Positions 29,101 to 39,003 of a stretch of DNA of 64,000 nt are shown here, piece after piece (the first letter of the stretch is position 1; every line of letters starts with the position of its first letter). Location: positions 128,663 to 192,662 of the forward strand of contig CAZJEO010000001.1 in NCBI GenBank assembly GCA_964545065.1, read 5' to 3'. A program made the position numbers and the translations under genes. The notes beneath the pieces are model-generated. The model had not been told where the DNA came from, did no database searches, and saw only the letters and a list, made by a program, of their open reading frames with translations. The DNA is from Candidatus Woesearchaeota archaeon. Lineage in GTDB: Archaea > Nanobdellota > Nanobdellia > Pacearchaeales > GW2011-AR1.

Positions 29101-29456
29101 AAATGCACGGAAGGGCATCTGGAAAGGTTGCGCTTTTGACAAGGCAGCCAATTGAAGGTCGATCAAGAGGTGGAGCATTGCGATTAGGAGAAATGGAACA
29201 GCAAGCATTAGTTGCCCACGGTGCTTCGTTGCTTTTGAAAGAAAGATATGATTCGGACAAGGTTGTTCTTCCGATTTGTACTGAATGTGGAAGCATTGGT
29301 ATTGACGATAATATTCGAGATAAAGTAATTTGTCCTGTCTGCAACAGCGAAGACATTGAACCAGTTGAAGTTTCATATGCTTTCAAGTTACTCTTAGAAG
29401 AATTGCAAGGATTGCATATTCATACTGATTTAAAATTGAAGAATAAATATGAATAA
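26196..29456 (+). CDS. rpoB: RNA polymerase subunit B (Rpo2), unsplit
   Basis: GYFIING.ERV, CPIETPEG, GDKF...GQKG, GEME, C-terminal zinc ribbon. Confidence 0.97.
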   Translation: MMAKNDNHLVVKKYLDEHSLVESNLISFDDFIENRMQEIVSEISDGIESDDFEITLGKIKVGKPKIIEADGSSSPILPYDARIRNLTYSAPITLEITVKKGDQIDSEVVEIGKIPIMVKSKACNTHGMSKEDLVKNYSDPLDPGGYFIINGNERVMIMAEDLSENQPFIETDSKGNLNLRLFSLKGTYRIPVTVSENKEGLLDVSFSRFRDLPAIVILKALGLTKESDIAKYIGKETDSVIVNLYEFANLATKEDAMMYIAEKTNLQGTKKEILDRVKQRIDSYLFPHIGQNKEDRMRKAITLCKLIKQFLIVKENPDLQTDKDHYANKRVRLSGDLLATLFRVNLGILIRDIQYSLQKSSKRKKFFSIRIIAKSTFFSHRVESAIATGSWTGERSGITQNMDKTNYLAIMSQLQRVSSMLPSDQENFLARALHPTNYGRFCPIETPEGTEIGLRKNLAILSKVSTRVELDEETFLKELESMGLDREGVGGTDIFFNGIFIGNMKNPEEFIVKIREKRRDGKLPIQLNIRDNRNFEIISISIESGRVLRPLIIVEQGTPKLKNEHLIQLEQGELKWNDLLKQGIIEYLDAAEEENALVALYEEELTPEHTHLEIDNIDLFGVITSLVPYGNHDQSSRLNRGSKTQKQALGLYAANYHCRLDTDVSILQYPQKPIVQSFVYDTLDIYPAGQNLTVAIMTYEGYNMEDALVFNKGSLDRGVGRSFYFRPYSAVEMNYAGGLKDEIAIPEKDASGYKMESSYRLLENDGIIYPEANIDEGDVLIGKMSPPKFLSEVREISVKTKKESSVTMRQEEKGIVDAVFVTEDSEGNKIVQVKTRDLRIPELGDKFATSHGQKGVIGLIVPESDVPFTSRGVKPDILFNPHGLPSRMTVGYLLELLAGKVGCLKGEIVDGTSFSGKGKRELEDQLKQLGFSYDGKETMYNGITGKRMQAKIFVGNLYYLKLKYMVGNKMHGRASGKVALLTRQPIEGRSRGGALRLGEMEQQALVAHGASLLLKERYDSDKVVLPICTECGSIGIDDNIRDKVICPVCNSEDIEPVEVSYAFKLLLEELQGLHIHTDLKLKNKYE

Positions 29457-29472
29457 CCAGAGGTCATAAATA

Positions 29473-32400
29473 ATGGAACATAAACCAATTAGAAAAAAAA
29501 TCGGGGAAATAGGATTTTCATTGCTTAGTCCGGAGATTGTTAAGAAAATTTCTGTTGCAAAGATTGTGACACCTGAGTTGTATAATATTGATGGCTACCC
29601 TGTTGATGGTGGATTGATGGATTTACGATTAGGTGCAATTGACCCAGGGGTTAGATGTAGGACTTGTGGTGGAAGACTGAAAGAGTGTTTGGGGCATCCT
29701 GGAAGCATTGACTTGGCTCGTTCAATAATCCATCTAAAATATGTTCCTCTTATTGAACTTGGGCTTAGGTGCTTCTGTAAAGAATGTGGAAAGCTTATGC
29801 TAACTGATAAATTTTTAGAAAAATATTTGCCTAGTGAAAGAGCAAAAAAAGCTAAGGATGCACGAAAATGTCCGCATTGTGGTATTGCTAATGAGAAAGT
29901 AAAATTAGACAAGCCGACAAGTTTTTTTGTTGGAAAGAAAAGGCTTTTTCCGACGGAAATTAGAGAAATTCTTGCAAAGATTCCTGATGAAGAATTTAAA
30001 AAAATCGGTGTTGATCCTCAGACATGCAGACCAGAATGGGCGATTCTTACTGTGCTTTTAGTTCCTCCTGTAACTGTCAGACCCAGTATTATCCTTGAAA
30101 CAGGGGAGAGGAGCGAGGATGACTTAACACATAAGCTTTCTGATATAATTAGAGCTAACCAGAGACTTTGGGAAAATTTAAATGCAGGTGCACCAGAAGT
30201 CATTATTGAAGACTTGTGGGATTTATTGCAATTTCACATTACAACTTTCTTTGATAACACTGTTACAAGAATTCCTCCAGCTAGGCATCGTTCAGGACAG
30301 CCGCTTAAAACAATTACAGAAAGAATTAAGGGTAAGGAAGGTAGGATTAGGAAGAACTTGGCAGGTAAAAGAGTTAATTATTCTGGTAGAACTGTTATTT
30401 CGCCTGACCCCTCAATACAACTTAATGAAGTTGGAATCCCGTATGAGATTGCGAAAGTTGTTACTGTCTCTGAAAGTGTTACTGATCTGAATCTTAAAAG
30501 ATTGAAGAAACTAGTTGAGAAAGGAGAAGAATATCCTGGTGCGAATTATATTATTCGGTCTGATGGGAAGAGAAAGAAAATTACTCCTGAACTTAAAGAA
30601 GAGATAATTAATGAACTTATTCCTGGTTATAAGATTGAACGACATTTGCAAGATGGGGACATTGTGCTTTTCAATCGGCATCCAAGTCTTCACAGGGGAA
30701 GTTTGATGGCGCACTTTGTTAGAGTTCTTCCTGGAAGGACTTTTAGATTACATCCTTCTGTTTGCATCCCCTATAATGCTGACTTTGACGGGGATGAGAT
30801 GAATATTCACTCTCCGCAGAATGAGGAAGCACGGGCAGAGGCGAAGATTCTTTTGGATGTGAAAGAAAATATTATTTCACCCAAGAATAATTCTAATCTT
30901 ATTGGATGTATTGCTGATGCAATTACTGGAAATTATCTTTTAGGAGAAGATGAAATTATTGGAGATTATGCGAATCAACTATTTTTCAAATCAGGAATAA
31001 AAGCGCACACTACAAAAAAGACAATTACTGGATTGGAAATTCTTTCAGAGATTTTGCCAAAGATTAATTTTTCAAATGGTTCTATTTCAATTAAAGATGG
31101 GAAAATTATTAAGGGTAAGGTTGATAAAAGTGTTTTTGCTGCTGAAGATGGTGAATTAATTAAGGAATTGGACAAGGTTGTTGGAAGGGATGAAACTTTT
31201 GATACAATAAAGAAGGCCTTTAATCTTGGAACTAACTATCTTTCTGATAGGGGTATTACAATTTCTCTTGAAGATTTGGATCTTGATCAGAGTGTTGTTG
31301 ACGAGGGATATGAGATTGTTAAAAAAGCCGAGAAGAAAACAGAAGAAATAATTGAATTATATGAGAAAGGGGAGCTTGAAAGGATTCCTGGAAAAAGTGA
31401 AGAAGAATCTCGGGAAATTGGAATTCTTCAGATTTTAAATGAAGTCAGGACAAAGATTGGGGAGATTGTTAAGGAGAAGTTCCCTAAAAATAATCCTGTA
31501 AGTTATATGATAAAATCTGGGGGTGGAGGAAATATTTTGAATATTACACAAATGGCTTGTTGTGTTGGACAGCAGGCGATGGGAGGTAAGAGAATTGAAA
31601 TTGGTTATAATGATAGAACTTTATCCTTCTTCAAGAAAAAAGATTTATCTCCAAAAGCAAGAGGATTTATTAAAAGTTCTTTTATCCGTGGCTTGAGACC
31701 TGATGAATTTTTCTTTGGTGCAATAACAGGAAGAGATAGTCTTATGGATACTGCGTTGAGAACTCCGAAGTCAGGATATTTGTATAGAAGACTTGCAAAT
31801 GCATTACAGGATTTGAGAGTTGAATATGATGGAACAATAAGAGATAGTAATAATAATATAATTCAGTTTATTTATGGGGACGACGGATTAGATGTTTCTA
31901 GGTTACATACTAAAAAGAAACTTGATGCAGGTGAATCTATTGGGATTATTACTGCGCAGTCTTTTGGTGAACCTTCAACACAGATGGCATTGAATGTTTT
32001 CCACTTTGCTGGTGTTCAAGAAATGCAGGTTACTATGGGTCTTCCGAGATTAATTGAGGTTTTTGATGCAAGGAAAAAGCCTTCTTCTCCGAAGATGGAA
32101 ATTTATTTGAATAAGAATTATGATAATGAAAAAGAAGCCAGGATTCTTGCTGAGAAAATTAAGGAAGTTACATTGAAGGAAATAGCGTCGGAGATTAACC
32201 TTGACTTTAGCAGCAAGTCAATTGAAATTAAGATTGACAAAAAAGGCCTTAAACAAACTCACACTTCAGTAAAGAAAGTTGTTGAAAGATTAAATGATCT
32301 TGGTTTTTCAGCTAAAGAAAAAGTAGATGCTATCACTTTGAATGCTGCTGAATTTAATTTTAAGGAGATTTATCAGCTTAAGGAAAAGTTGAAGAAAACA

Positions 32401-32964
32401 ATTATTTCGGGGGTTAAGGGTGTCCAACAAGTTTTGATTGTTAAGAGAGATAAGAATTTCGTGATTATTACTCTTGGTACAAATTTGAAAGAGCTTATTT
32501 TGTTTAAGGAAGTTGATCCAGACAAAACTATTTCAAATGACTTGTATGAAGTTGCGAAGGTTTTTGGAATTGAGGTTGCACGGCAGTTGATAATCGATGA
32601 GATTTATACTGTTATTAATACTCAAGGATTGGACATTGACATAAGGCACTTGAAGTTGGTTTCTGATGCCATGACTAACACGGGGGATATTAAGGGTGTG
32701 ACAAGGATGGGAATTATCTCTCAGAAGTCTTCGATTTTAGCCAGGGCGACTTTTGAAACTCCTGAAAAACAATTTGTTAATGCTACAATAAAAGGAAGCC
32801 GGGATAAATTGGCTAGTGTTATTGAAAATATAATTTTGAATCAACCTATACCTGTTGGAACTGGACTTCCTGGTTTGTTGGTTAAAGTTGTTGGTGATTT
32901 GACTAAGAAAGATTCTGAAAAGAAAACAGCTGAGAAGAAAGTTGTTGAGAAAGCTAATAAATAA
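29473..32964 (+). CDS. rpoA: RNA polymerase subunit A, A' and A'' fused
   Basis: NADFDGD and SGYLYRRL followed in the same ORF by AQSFGEPSTQM, GLPRLIE, ATFE, PVGTG. Confidence 0.95.
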   Translation: MEHKPIRKKIGEIGFSLLSPEIVKKISVAKIVTPELYNIDGYPVDGGLMDLRLGAIDPGVRCRTCGGRLKECLGHPGSIDLARSIIHLKYVPLIELGLRCFCKECGKLMLTDKFLEKYLPSERAKKAKDARKCPHCGIANEKVKLDKPTSFFVGKKRLFPTEIREILAKIPDEEFKKIGVDPQTCRPEWAILTVLLVPPVTVRPSIILETGERSEDDLTHKLSDIIRANQRLWENLNAGAPEVIIEDLWDLLQFHITTFFDNTVTRIPPARHRSGQPLKTITERIKGKEGRIRKNLAGKRVNYSGRTVISPDPSIQLNEVGIPYEIAKVVTVSESVTDLNLKRLKKLVEKGEEYPGANYIIRSDGKRKKITPELKEEIINELIPGYKIERHLQDGDIVLFNRHPSLHRGSLMAHFVRVLPGRTFRLHPSVCIPYNADFDGDEMNIHSPQNEEARAEAKILLDVKENIISPKNNSNLIGCIADAITGNYLLGEDEIIGDYANQLFFKSGIKAHTTKKTITGLEILSEILPKINFSNGSISIKDGKIIKGKVDKSVFAAEDGELIKELDKVVGRDETFDTIKKAFNLGTNYLSDRGITISLEDLDLDQSVVDEGYEIVKKAEKKTEEIIELYEKGELERIPGKSEEESREIGILQILNEVRTKIGEIVKEKFPKNNPVSYMIKSGGGGNILNITQMACCVGQQAMGGKRIEIGYNDRTLSFFKKKDLSPKARGFIKSSFIRGLRPDEFFFGAITGRDSLMDTALRTPKSGYLYRRLANALQDLRVEYDGTIRDSNNNIIQFIYGDDGLDVSRLHTKKKLDAGESIGIITAQSFGEPSTQMALNVFHFAGVQEMQVTMGLPRLIEVFDARKKPSSPKMEIYLNKNYDNEKEARILAEKIKEVTLKEIASEINLDFSSKSIEIKIDKKGLKQTHTSVKKVVERLNDLGFSAKEKVDAITLNAAEFNFKEIYQLKEKLKKTIISGVKGVQQVLIVKRDKNFVIITLGTNLKELILFKEVDPDKTISNDLYEVAKVFGIEVARQLIIDEIYTVINTQGLDIDIRHLKLVSDAMTNTGDIKGVTRMGIISQKSSILARATFETPEKQFVNATIKGSRDKLASVIENIILNQPIPVGTGLPGLLVKVVGDLTKKDSEKKTAEKKVVEKANK

Positions 32965-33068
32965 ATCCCCAATAAGTTTATAAAATGATTAATTCTTCAA
33001 GAAATATAAAAGATGGAAATGAAAAATAGGAAATTTTGCATGGATACAAAATCAGGAGATTTTGCATA

Positions 33069-33536
33069 ATGGTGAACACGATAAACATGCAGGACATGAG
33101 ATACCTTAATTTATTTGGTAGGGTTACTCAAGTTAATACGCGGTTTTGTTTTAAGTACAATGAGGGACTTGTTTTTTGTGTTCCAAAGCCAATGATTTTC
33201 AAAGCTGTTGGAAAAGGTGCAAGCAATATTAGAAAATTAAATGAAATTCTCGGAAAGAAAATAAAAATTATTGCAAGTCCGCGAGGAATTGAAGATGCTA
33301 AATCTTTTATTGAAAGTATTGTAAAACCAGTTACATTTAAGGGTTTGGAAGTTAAGGATAATACCCAAACGGGCATACCCAAGGAGGGCACGAGAACCTC
33401 TAACGAGGCAAGTGAAATTGTACTTACTGCAGGAATGCAGAGTAAGGCGGCTTTGATTGGCAGGAATAAGAGAAGGCTTTTAGAGATGCAAAAAATTGTT
33501 CATGATTTTTTTGGGAAAGAGTTTCGGATTATTTAG
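33069..33536 (+). CDS. nusA: Archaeal NusA-like KH protein with an in-frame insertion
   Basis: Position after rpoA; AVGKGASN and LIGRNKR KH motifs; start moved to ATG 33069. Confidence 0.85.
   Translation: MVNTINMQDMRYLNLFGRVTQVNTRFCFKYNEGLVFCVPKPMIFKAVGKGASNIRKLNEILGKKIKIIASPRGIEDAKSFIESIVKPVTFKGLEVKDNTQTGIPKEGTRTSNEASEIVLTAGMQSKAALIGRNKRRLLEMQKIVHDFFGKEFRII
33363..33413 (+). mobile_element. CCCAAG-family micro-element, subfamily B, in-frame in nusA
   Basis: GC-rich 51 nt encoding TQTGIPKEGTRTSNEAS; nearly matches the intergenic copy at 2854; CCTC-TAAC-GAGG hairpin. Confidence 0.78.
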
Positions 33537-33585
33537 ATAGCAGGAAACATTTAAAAATCAATTTTTCAATTAGTTTATATCAAAC

Positions 33586-34008
33586 ATGGGATTAAAATCT
33601 GCTAAAAGTTTAGCGAACAAAAGGAAAAAGTTTAGATGGAAAAGTAAGAAGTATAAAGTGAGAGCTTTGGGTCTTTATGCTAAATCTGATCCGTTGGAAG
33701 GTGCTAATCAAGCGAAAGGAATTGTTTTACAAAAAGTTCAAAAAGAAGCAAAGCAGCCAAACTCTGCTATGAGAAAATGTTGCAGGGTTCAGTTGACAAA
33801 AAATGGGAAGCAGGTTACTGCGTTTATTCCTGGAAATCTTGCGCAGAAATTTATTGATGAGCACGATGAAGTCATGATTGAAAGAATTGGTGGTAAACAA
33901 GGAAAGAGTATGGGAGATATTCCTGGTGTGAGATTCAAAGTCCTTAAAGTAAATGATCAACCTTTAGCTAGACTTGTTAAAGGAAAGATTGAGAAGGGAA
34001 GAAGATAA
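33586..34008 (+). CDS. rps12: 30S ribosomal protein uS12
   Basis: [21 protein letters not shown]. Confidence 0.97.
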   Translation: MGLKSAKSLANKRKKFRWKSKKYKVRALGLYAKSDPLEGANQAKGIVLQKVQKEAKQPNSAMRKCCRVQLTKNGKQVTAFIPGNLAQKFIDEHDEVMIERIGGKQGKSMGDIPGVRFKVLKVNDQPLARLVKGKIEKGRR

Positions 34009-34622
34009 TGGTAGAAGAAAATAAAATAAACAACTTCAAGATATTTGACTTGTATGATATTTCAGAGATTGTTGTGAAAGACCCTGCTTTGAAGACTATT
34101 ATAAATCTTCAGCCTAAATTGATTTTGAAAAGTCATGGACGATATGCTCAAAAGTTTGGTTCTGTGAAAGTTAATATTGTTGAGAGATTGATGAATAGGA
34201 TTGGAATTTCTGGGCATCGAGGAAAGAAACATAAGATTGCAAAAGGAAGAGCGACAGGAAAATATTCAAAGAACATGAAAATTGTTTTAGATGCATTTAA
34301 GATTATTGAAAAGAAAACAGAAAAGAATCCTGTTGAGGTTTTTGTTCAAGCAATTGAAAGTACTGCACCGAGAGATGAGATTACTGTTATTGAATATGGT
34401 GGAGCAAGATATCCTCAGGCTGTTGATGTATCCCCCTTGAGAAGGGTTAATTTGGCTTTGAGATGGATTACTCAAGGTGCATCTGATAAATCTTTTAATA
34501 AAAAGAAAAACATTGTTGAAGCACTTGCCGAGGAAATAATGTTGGCAGCAGAAAGCAATGGTGAAAGTTTTGCGTATAAGAAAAAGAACGAATCAGAGAA
34601 GCAGGCTGATAGTGCTCGATAG
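34008..34622 (+). CDS. rps7: 30S ribosomal protein uS7
   Basis: NPVEVFVQAI, YGGARYPQAVDVSPLRR. Confidence 0.97.
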   Translation: MVEENKINNFKIFDLYDISEIVVKDPALKTIINLQPKLILKSHGRYAQKFGSVKVNIVERLMNRIGISGHRGKKHKIAKGRATGKYSKNMKIVLDAFKIIEKKTEKNPVEVFVQAIESTAPRDEITVIEYGGARYPQAVDVSPLRRVNLALRWITQGASDKSFNKKKNIVEALAEEIMLAAESNGESFAYKKKNESEKQADSAR

Positions 34623-34676
34623 TTCTATATATTAAATTGTAATTAAATTTAAATAAGGTTCTTAAGATAAAAACAT

Positions 34677-34895
34677 ATGTCAAAACTTCAGAAAAGGTTT
34701 GCAAGTGAACTTGCTAAAGAAAAATTAAGGCAAAGAATTGTTAATCAGGAGCAAAGATTTCATGATGCTATGTTTTTATATCCTGATGAAGAACTACAAG
34801 AACAAAGGAAGAGGGACCAAATAAAAAGAGAAAAAGAAAAGGGAAAATATGATATAAGAAATGGACCGCGCCAACCTTACCATTATTTGCATTAA
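34677..34895 (+). CDS. Hypothetical protein between rps7 and fusA
   Basis: 72-aa ORF with TTTAAATA about 25 bp upstream. Confidence 0.55.
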   Translation: MSKLQKRFASELAKEKLRQRIVNQEQRFHDAMFLYPDEELQEQRKRDQIKREKEKGKYDIRNGPRQPYHYLH

Positions 34896-34964
34896 TTCTA
34901 AGATAATAGTCTCCAGAAGTTTTAAAAACTAATTTCATTATGATTAATTATTCTATTGTTAAAG

Positions 34965-37121
34965 ATGGCAGAAAAAGATATAGCTAAATTAATGAAACAG
35001 CAAGATCATATTAGAAATATAGCGATTGCTGCGCACATTGACCACGGTAAAACAACTTTCTCAGATAACTTGCTTGCTGGTGCTGGAATGCTTTCTGAAG
35101 AGATTGCAGGAAAACAAAGGGCTTTGGATTTTCACGAAGATGAAGCTACTCGAGGAATTACAATTGATTCTGCTTCTGTTTCAATGATTCACAATATTGG
35201 TGGAGAAGATTACTTGATTAATTTAATTGATACTCCTGGACACGTGGACTTTGGGGGAGACGTTACAAGGGCCATGAGGGCTGTTGATGGCTGTGTTATC
35301 TTGACTTGTGCTGTTGAAGGGGTTATGCCTCAAACAGAAACTGTTGTTAGACAAGCGTTGAAAGAATTAGTGAAGCCCGTTCTTTTCATAAACAAAGTTG
35401 ACAGATTGATTAAGGAAGTTAAGTTGACTCCAGAAGAAATGGAAAAGAAATTTGTGAAAATTATAAATCATGTTAATGAACTTATTGAGAACATTGCGCC
35501 AGAAGGTTACAAAGAAAAATGGAAGGTTGGTGTAGGCGAGGGGACAGTTGCATTTGGAAGTGCTTTTCATAATTGGGCTTTGAGTTTTCCTTGGATGAAG
35601 GAAAAAGGTTTGACTTTCAAAGATGTTATTGATGCTTATCAAAATGATACTTACAAAGAACTTGCAAAAAAAGCTCCATTGCACGAAGTTATTTTGGCTA
35701 TGAGTGTTGAACATCATCCGAATCCTGTTGATGCTCAGAAGTACAGGATTCCAAAAATCTGGCATGGAGAAATTGATTCTGAATTGGGAAAAGATTTGAC
35801 ATCTTGTAATCCAAAAGGACAACCTGCTTTTGTTCCGATTAAAATTGTCGTTGACAAACACGCTGGAGAAGTTGCGGGTGGAAGATTATTTTCTGGAACT
35901 TTGAAACAAGGCGATGAAGTTTATATGAATCTTTCAAAAAAGACTGTGAGAGTTCAGCAAGTTTCTGTTTACAAGGGTGCGCAGAGAGTAATTGTCGATG
36001 AGGTTTCTGCAGGAAATATTATTGGAGTTGTAGGTTTGAAAGATGTGTTCACAGGAGAAACTGTGAGTAGAACTCCAATAGAACCTTTTGAAGCAATCAA
36101 GCATCTTTTTGATCCTGTTGTTACAAAATCAATTGAGACTAAAAAAGCTGCAGACTTGCCAAAGCTTGTAGAAGTCCTGAAACAAATTGGTAAGGAAGAT
36201 CCTTCTATCAAAGTTGAAATTAATGAGCAGACAGGGGAGAGTTTGATTTCTGGAATGGGAGAGTTGCATTTAGAAATTATAGAAAATAGAATTAAGACCG
36301 AAAAGGAATTGGATGTTAATACTTCTGCTCCGATTATTGTTTATCGAGAAACTGTGAATAAAGAATCTGATGTTTTTGAAGGAAGAAGTCCAAATAAACA
36401 TAATAGTTTTTTCATTAGGGTTGAACCTTTGGAAGATGATGTTTACAATGCGATTAAAGAAGGTAACATACCTGAAATTAGAATTAAAAAGAAAAATGAA
36501 GAAGTTGCTAAGAGATTTGCTGAGTTAGGATGGAGTGGTGATGATATTAGAAATATTCGAGATATTTACCAGGGAAATGTTTTCATGGATGAGACTCGGG
36601 GGGAAGTTCATATGGTTGAAGTAATTGAAATGATATTGGATGCTTTTGAAATGGTGATGAAAGCAGGTCCTTTAGCTAGAGAACCGTGTACAAAAATGAA
36701 AATTTCGATAGAAGATATTAAACTTCACGAAGATGCGATTCATCGTGGTCCTGCTCAGGTTTATCCTGCTGTTAGAGAAGCGATTACAGGTGCTATGCAT
36801 AAAGCAAATGCTTCACTTTTAGAACCCTTGCAAATTCATGTTATTGAATCTCCTGAGAAGTTTATGAGTGCTGTTACAAAACTTGTTGGTGGAAAGCGAG
36901 GACAGTTACTTGAAGTTAAACAAGAATCTGGAAGTTCAGAAGTTAGGGCAAAGCTTCCTGTTGCAGAAATGATTGGATGGAGTAATGATTTGCGTTCAGC
37001 GACAGAAGGTCGAGGTGTAAGCTCATTAGCTGATCAGCTTTTTGAAAAAGTTCCTACAAGTTTACAAGAAGATATTATTAGGAAGATTAGAGAGAGGAAG
37101 GGTTTGGCGGAGAATCAGTAA
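34965..37121 (+). CDS. fusA: Elongation factor aEF-2
   Basis: AHIDHGKT, DTPGH, NKVD, diphthamide loop LHEDAIHRG. Confidence 0.97.
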   Translation: MAEKDIAKLMKQQDHIRNIAIAAHIDHGKTTFSDNLLAGAGMLSEEIAGKQRALDFHEDEATRGITIDSASVSMIHNIGGEDYLINLIDTPGHVDFGGDVTRAMRAVDGCVILTCAVEGVMPQTETVVRQALKELVKPVLFINKVDRLIKEVKLTPEEMEKKFVKIINHVNELIENIAPEGYKEKWKVGVGEGTVAFGSAFHNWALSFPWMKEKGLTFKDVIDAYQNDTYKELAKKAPLHEVILAMSVEHHPNPVDAQKYRIPKIWHGEIDSELGKDLTSCNPKGQPAFVPIKIVVDKHAGEVAGGRLFSGTLKQGDEVYMNLSKKTVRVQQVSVYKGAQRVIVDEVSAGNIIGVVGLKDVFTGETVSRTPIEPFEAIKHLFDPVVTKSIETKKAADLPKLVEVLKQIGKEDPSIKVEINEQTGESLISGMGELHLEIIENRIKTEKELDVNTSAPIIVYRETVNKESDVFEGRSPNKHNSFFIRVEPLEDDVYNAIKEGNIPEIRIKKKNEEVAKRFAELGWSGDDIRNIRDIYQGNVFMDETRGEVHMVEVIEMILDAFEMVMKAGPLAREPCTKMKISIEDIKLHEDAIHRGPAQVYPAVREAITGAMHKANASLLEPLQIHVIESPEKFMSAVTKLVGGKRGQLLEVKQESGSSEVRAKLPVAEMIGWSNDLRSATEGRGVSSLADQLFEKVPTSLQEDIIRKIRERKGLAENQ

Positions 37122-37130
37122 TTTTATCTG

Positions 37131-37556
37131 TCATTTCACAAAATCTCCCACAGAGTAACACAGTATATTATCCCAGGGAGGGAATTTCCTATATGATCTA
37201 AAAACAAAATAATCTATTCTTTTTTGATTTAGTTGAGTAAAAGCATTCTCAAGCTCTTTCCTATGCTTCTCAAAAAGCTCTCTTGTTCCTGCTGAAACAC
37301 CTCTCGCTTGAAAATAAGCTATCCCTCCATTACCTTTTACTATTTTTTGTCTTATTTGAATTAAATCAATCTCATATTCTTTTTTAAATCCTGCTTCTTC
37401 AAGGCGAAACCTAGGAGTCCAACCGTGAATTACTGGAAATGACTCATCAACAGAATGTTGTCCTAATTCAAATTCACAAAGGGGAGATTCTTTTAATTCA
37501 TCTTTCTCTGTATAAAAACTATATTTATTTTCTTCTTCAAACATATATATTTTCAT
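37131..37556 (-). CDS. Hypothetical protein
   Basis: 141-aa ORF with TTTAAA upstream. Confidence 0.55.
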   Translation of the reverse strand: MKIYMFEEENKYSFYTEKDELKESPLCEFELGQHSVDESFPVIHGWTPRFRLEEAGFKKEYEIDLIQIRQKIVKGNGGIAYFQARGVSAGTRELFEKHRKELENAFTQLNQKRIDYFVFRSYRKFPPWDNILCYSVGDFVK

Positions 37557-37627
37557 AAGAAATCTAATTTCTTTCTCTTTAAATAAAATTCTGATAATAA
37601 TATTCTTATAGGAATATTTATAAGGAG

Positions 37628-38188
37628 ATGATTATTCCATCTGTTATGGTCTTTGATATAAGTCAATTAAAAAATATTAGAAAACAATTAGGACTAACTC
37701 AGCATCAATTTGCTAGAGAAGCTGGAATCAGCCAAAGTATGCTTGCTAAAATAGAAGCTGGAAGACTTGATCCAACTTATTCTAAAGTCAAACAAATTGA
37801 AAAGGCATTAGAAAATTTAACAAAAGATTATGAGAAAAATGCTGAAGAGATTATGAATAAAAAGATTATCTCTGTTAGTCCAGATGAAAAAGTTTCGGGA
37901 ATAATAAAAATCATGAATAAAAAAGCGATCTCACAGATTCCAATTATAGATAAGTCAAAAGTAGTTGGAATGGTTTCTGAATCCACTATTTTATTAAAAG
38001 ATGTTAATGAATTAAACTCCTTAAATGCAGAAGAAGTCATGGATATTGCTCCACCAATAATTAATAAAAATGCAAAGATATTAGTAATCAAACAATTACT
38101 GAAATTTTACCCTCTTTTATTGATTGAGGAAAAAGGAAAATTAATTGGGTTAATCACTAAGGTTGATTTGATTAATAGTTTGATTTAA
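37628..38188 (+). CDS. XRE-HTH plus CBS pair transcriptional regulator
   Basis: RKQLGLTQ..GISQSMLAKIEAGRLDP followed by two CBS repeats. Confidence 0.9.
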   Translation: MIIPSVMVFDISQLKNIRKQLGLTQHQFAREAGISQSMLAKIEAGRLDPTYSKVKQIEKALENLTKDYEKNAEEIMNKKIISVSPDEKVSGIIKIMNKKAISQIPIIDKSKVVGMVSESTILLKDVNELNSLNAEEVMDIAPPIINKNAKILVIKQLLKFYPLLLIEEKGKLIGLITKVDLINSLI

Positions 38189-38202
38189 AGGAGAATCAGT
38201 AA

Positions 38203-38469
38203 TTATCCAAATATTTTTTCTATCTTATTATTTGCTGCTTGAGATTTAAGCATTTTATACAACGCCATTAAGTGAGTTTTAACACGTGTCTCATATTCTG
38301 GAGGATAAGATTTAGAACTTATTAGAATAGAATAAGCTACAAAACGATTTTCCTTTTCTATCTCATTATACCATTCATTAAGGTCGAGTTCTTTTAAATC
38401 TTGAATATATCCATTCAAGGTATTTTCATCAACAACAGGCAAACCTTCTCGGGTGGTTTTTTCTTTCAT
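38203..38469 (-). CDS. Hypothetical protein
   Basis: 88-aa ORF with TTTATAAA upstream. Confidence 0.6.
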   Translation of the reverse strand: MKEKTTREGLPVVDENTLNGYIQDLKELDLNEWYNEIEKENRFVAYSILISSKSYPPEYETRVKTHLMALYKMLKSQAANNKIEKIFG

Positions 38470-38524
38470 TAAAACAGAGAAGGTATTTTCTTTATAAATT
38501 TTATCTATTATGGGAGATTGGTAG

Positions 38525-38559
38525 AGTGCAATAATTCTTTTAAAGAATCTTTCTAATTA
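38525..38559 (+). repeat. 35-bp promoter-containing direct repeat, copy 1
   Basis: AGTGCAATAATTCTTTTAAAGAATCTTTCTAATTA, identical at 38962-38996; first 11 bp again at 39331. Confidence 0.85.
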
Positions 38560-38564
38560 TTTTT

Positions 38565-38963
38565 ATGGCGAAAAAAAGTTTTTCATTATCTAAAGACCAA
38601 GTTCCGCTAGGAGTAAAAGTTCATGTCCCTGGAAATTCAAGAGGGATTGTTAAGTTAATTAAAGATTATATTGAATTTGTTTCATTCTATTATGCAGACG
38701 ATGGAGAAAAATTTAATCCTCCAGAAAATGCTAGGTTCTTGCCAAGTGAACAAATTGATTTAGAAGATACTCGAGATAATACAACATATGTCTTGTTGAG
38801 AAGAGGCCTAAAACGAGTAATAAGTATGCATGGCAAATTGCTTGATGATGGTTCTAAATCAAAGAAATTTAGAGAACCAATTTACCCTCGGGGCAAAGTA
38901 AAACTTGCTCAAGTTGGTGGAACATTTTATAGTAGCTATGAATTTGGGCAACCAAAACATTAG
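38565..38963 (+). CDS. Hypothetical protein
   Basis: 132-aa ORF between the 35-bp repeats. Confidence 0.6.
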   Translation: MAKKSFSLSKDQVPLGVKVHVPGNSRGIVKLIKDYIEFVSFYYADDGEKFNPPENARFLPSEQIDLEDTRDNTTYVLLRRGLKRVISMHGKLLDDGSKSKKFREPIYPRGKVKLAQVGGTFYSSYEFGQPKH

Positions 38964-38996
38964 TGCAATAATTCTTTTAAAGAATCTTTCTAATTA
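38962..38996 (+). repeat. 35-bp direct repeat, copy 2
   Basis: Identical to 38525-38559. Confidence 0.85.
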
Positions 38997-39003
38997 AATT
39001 AAT

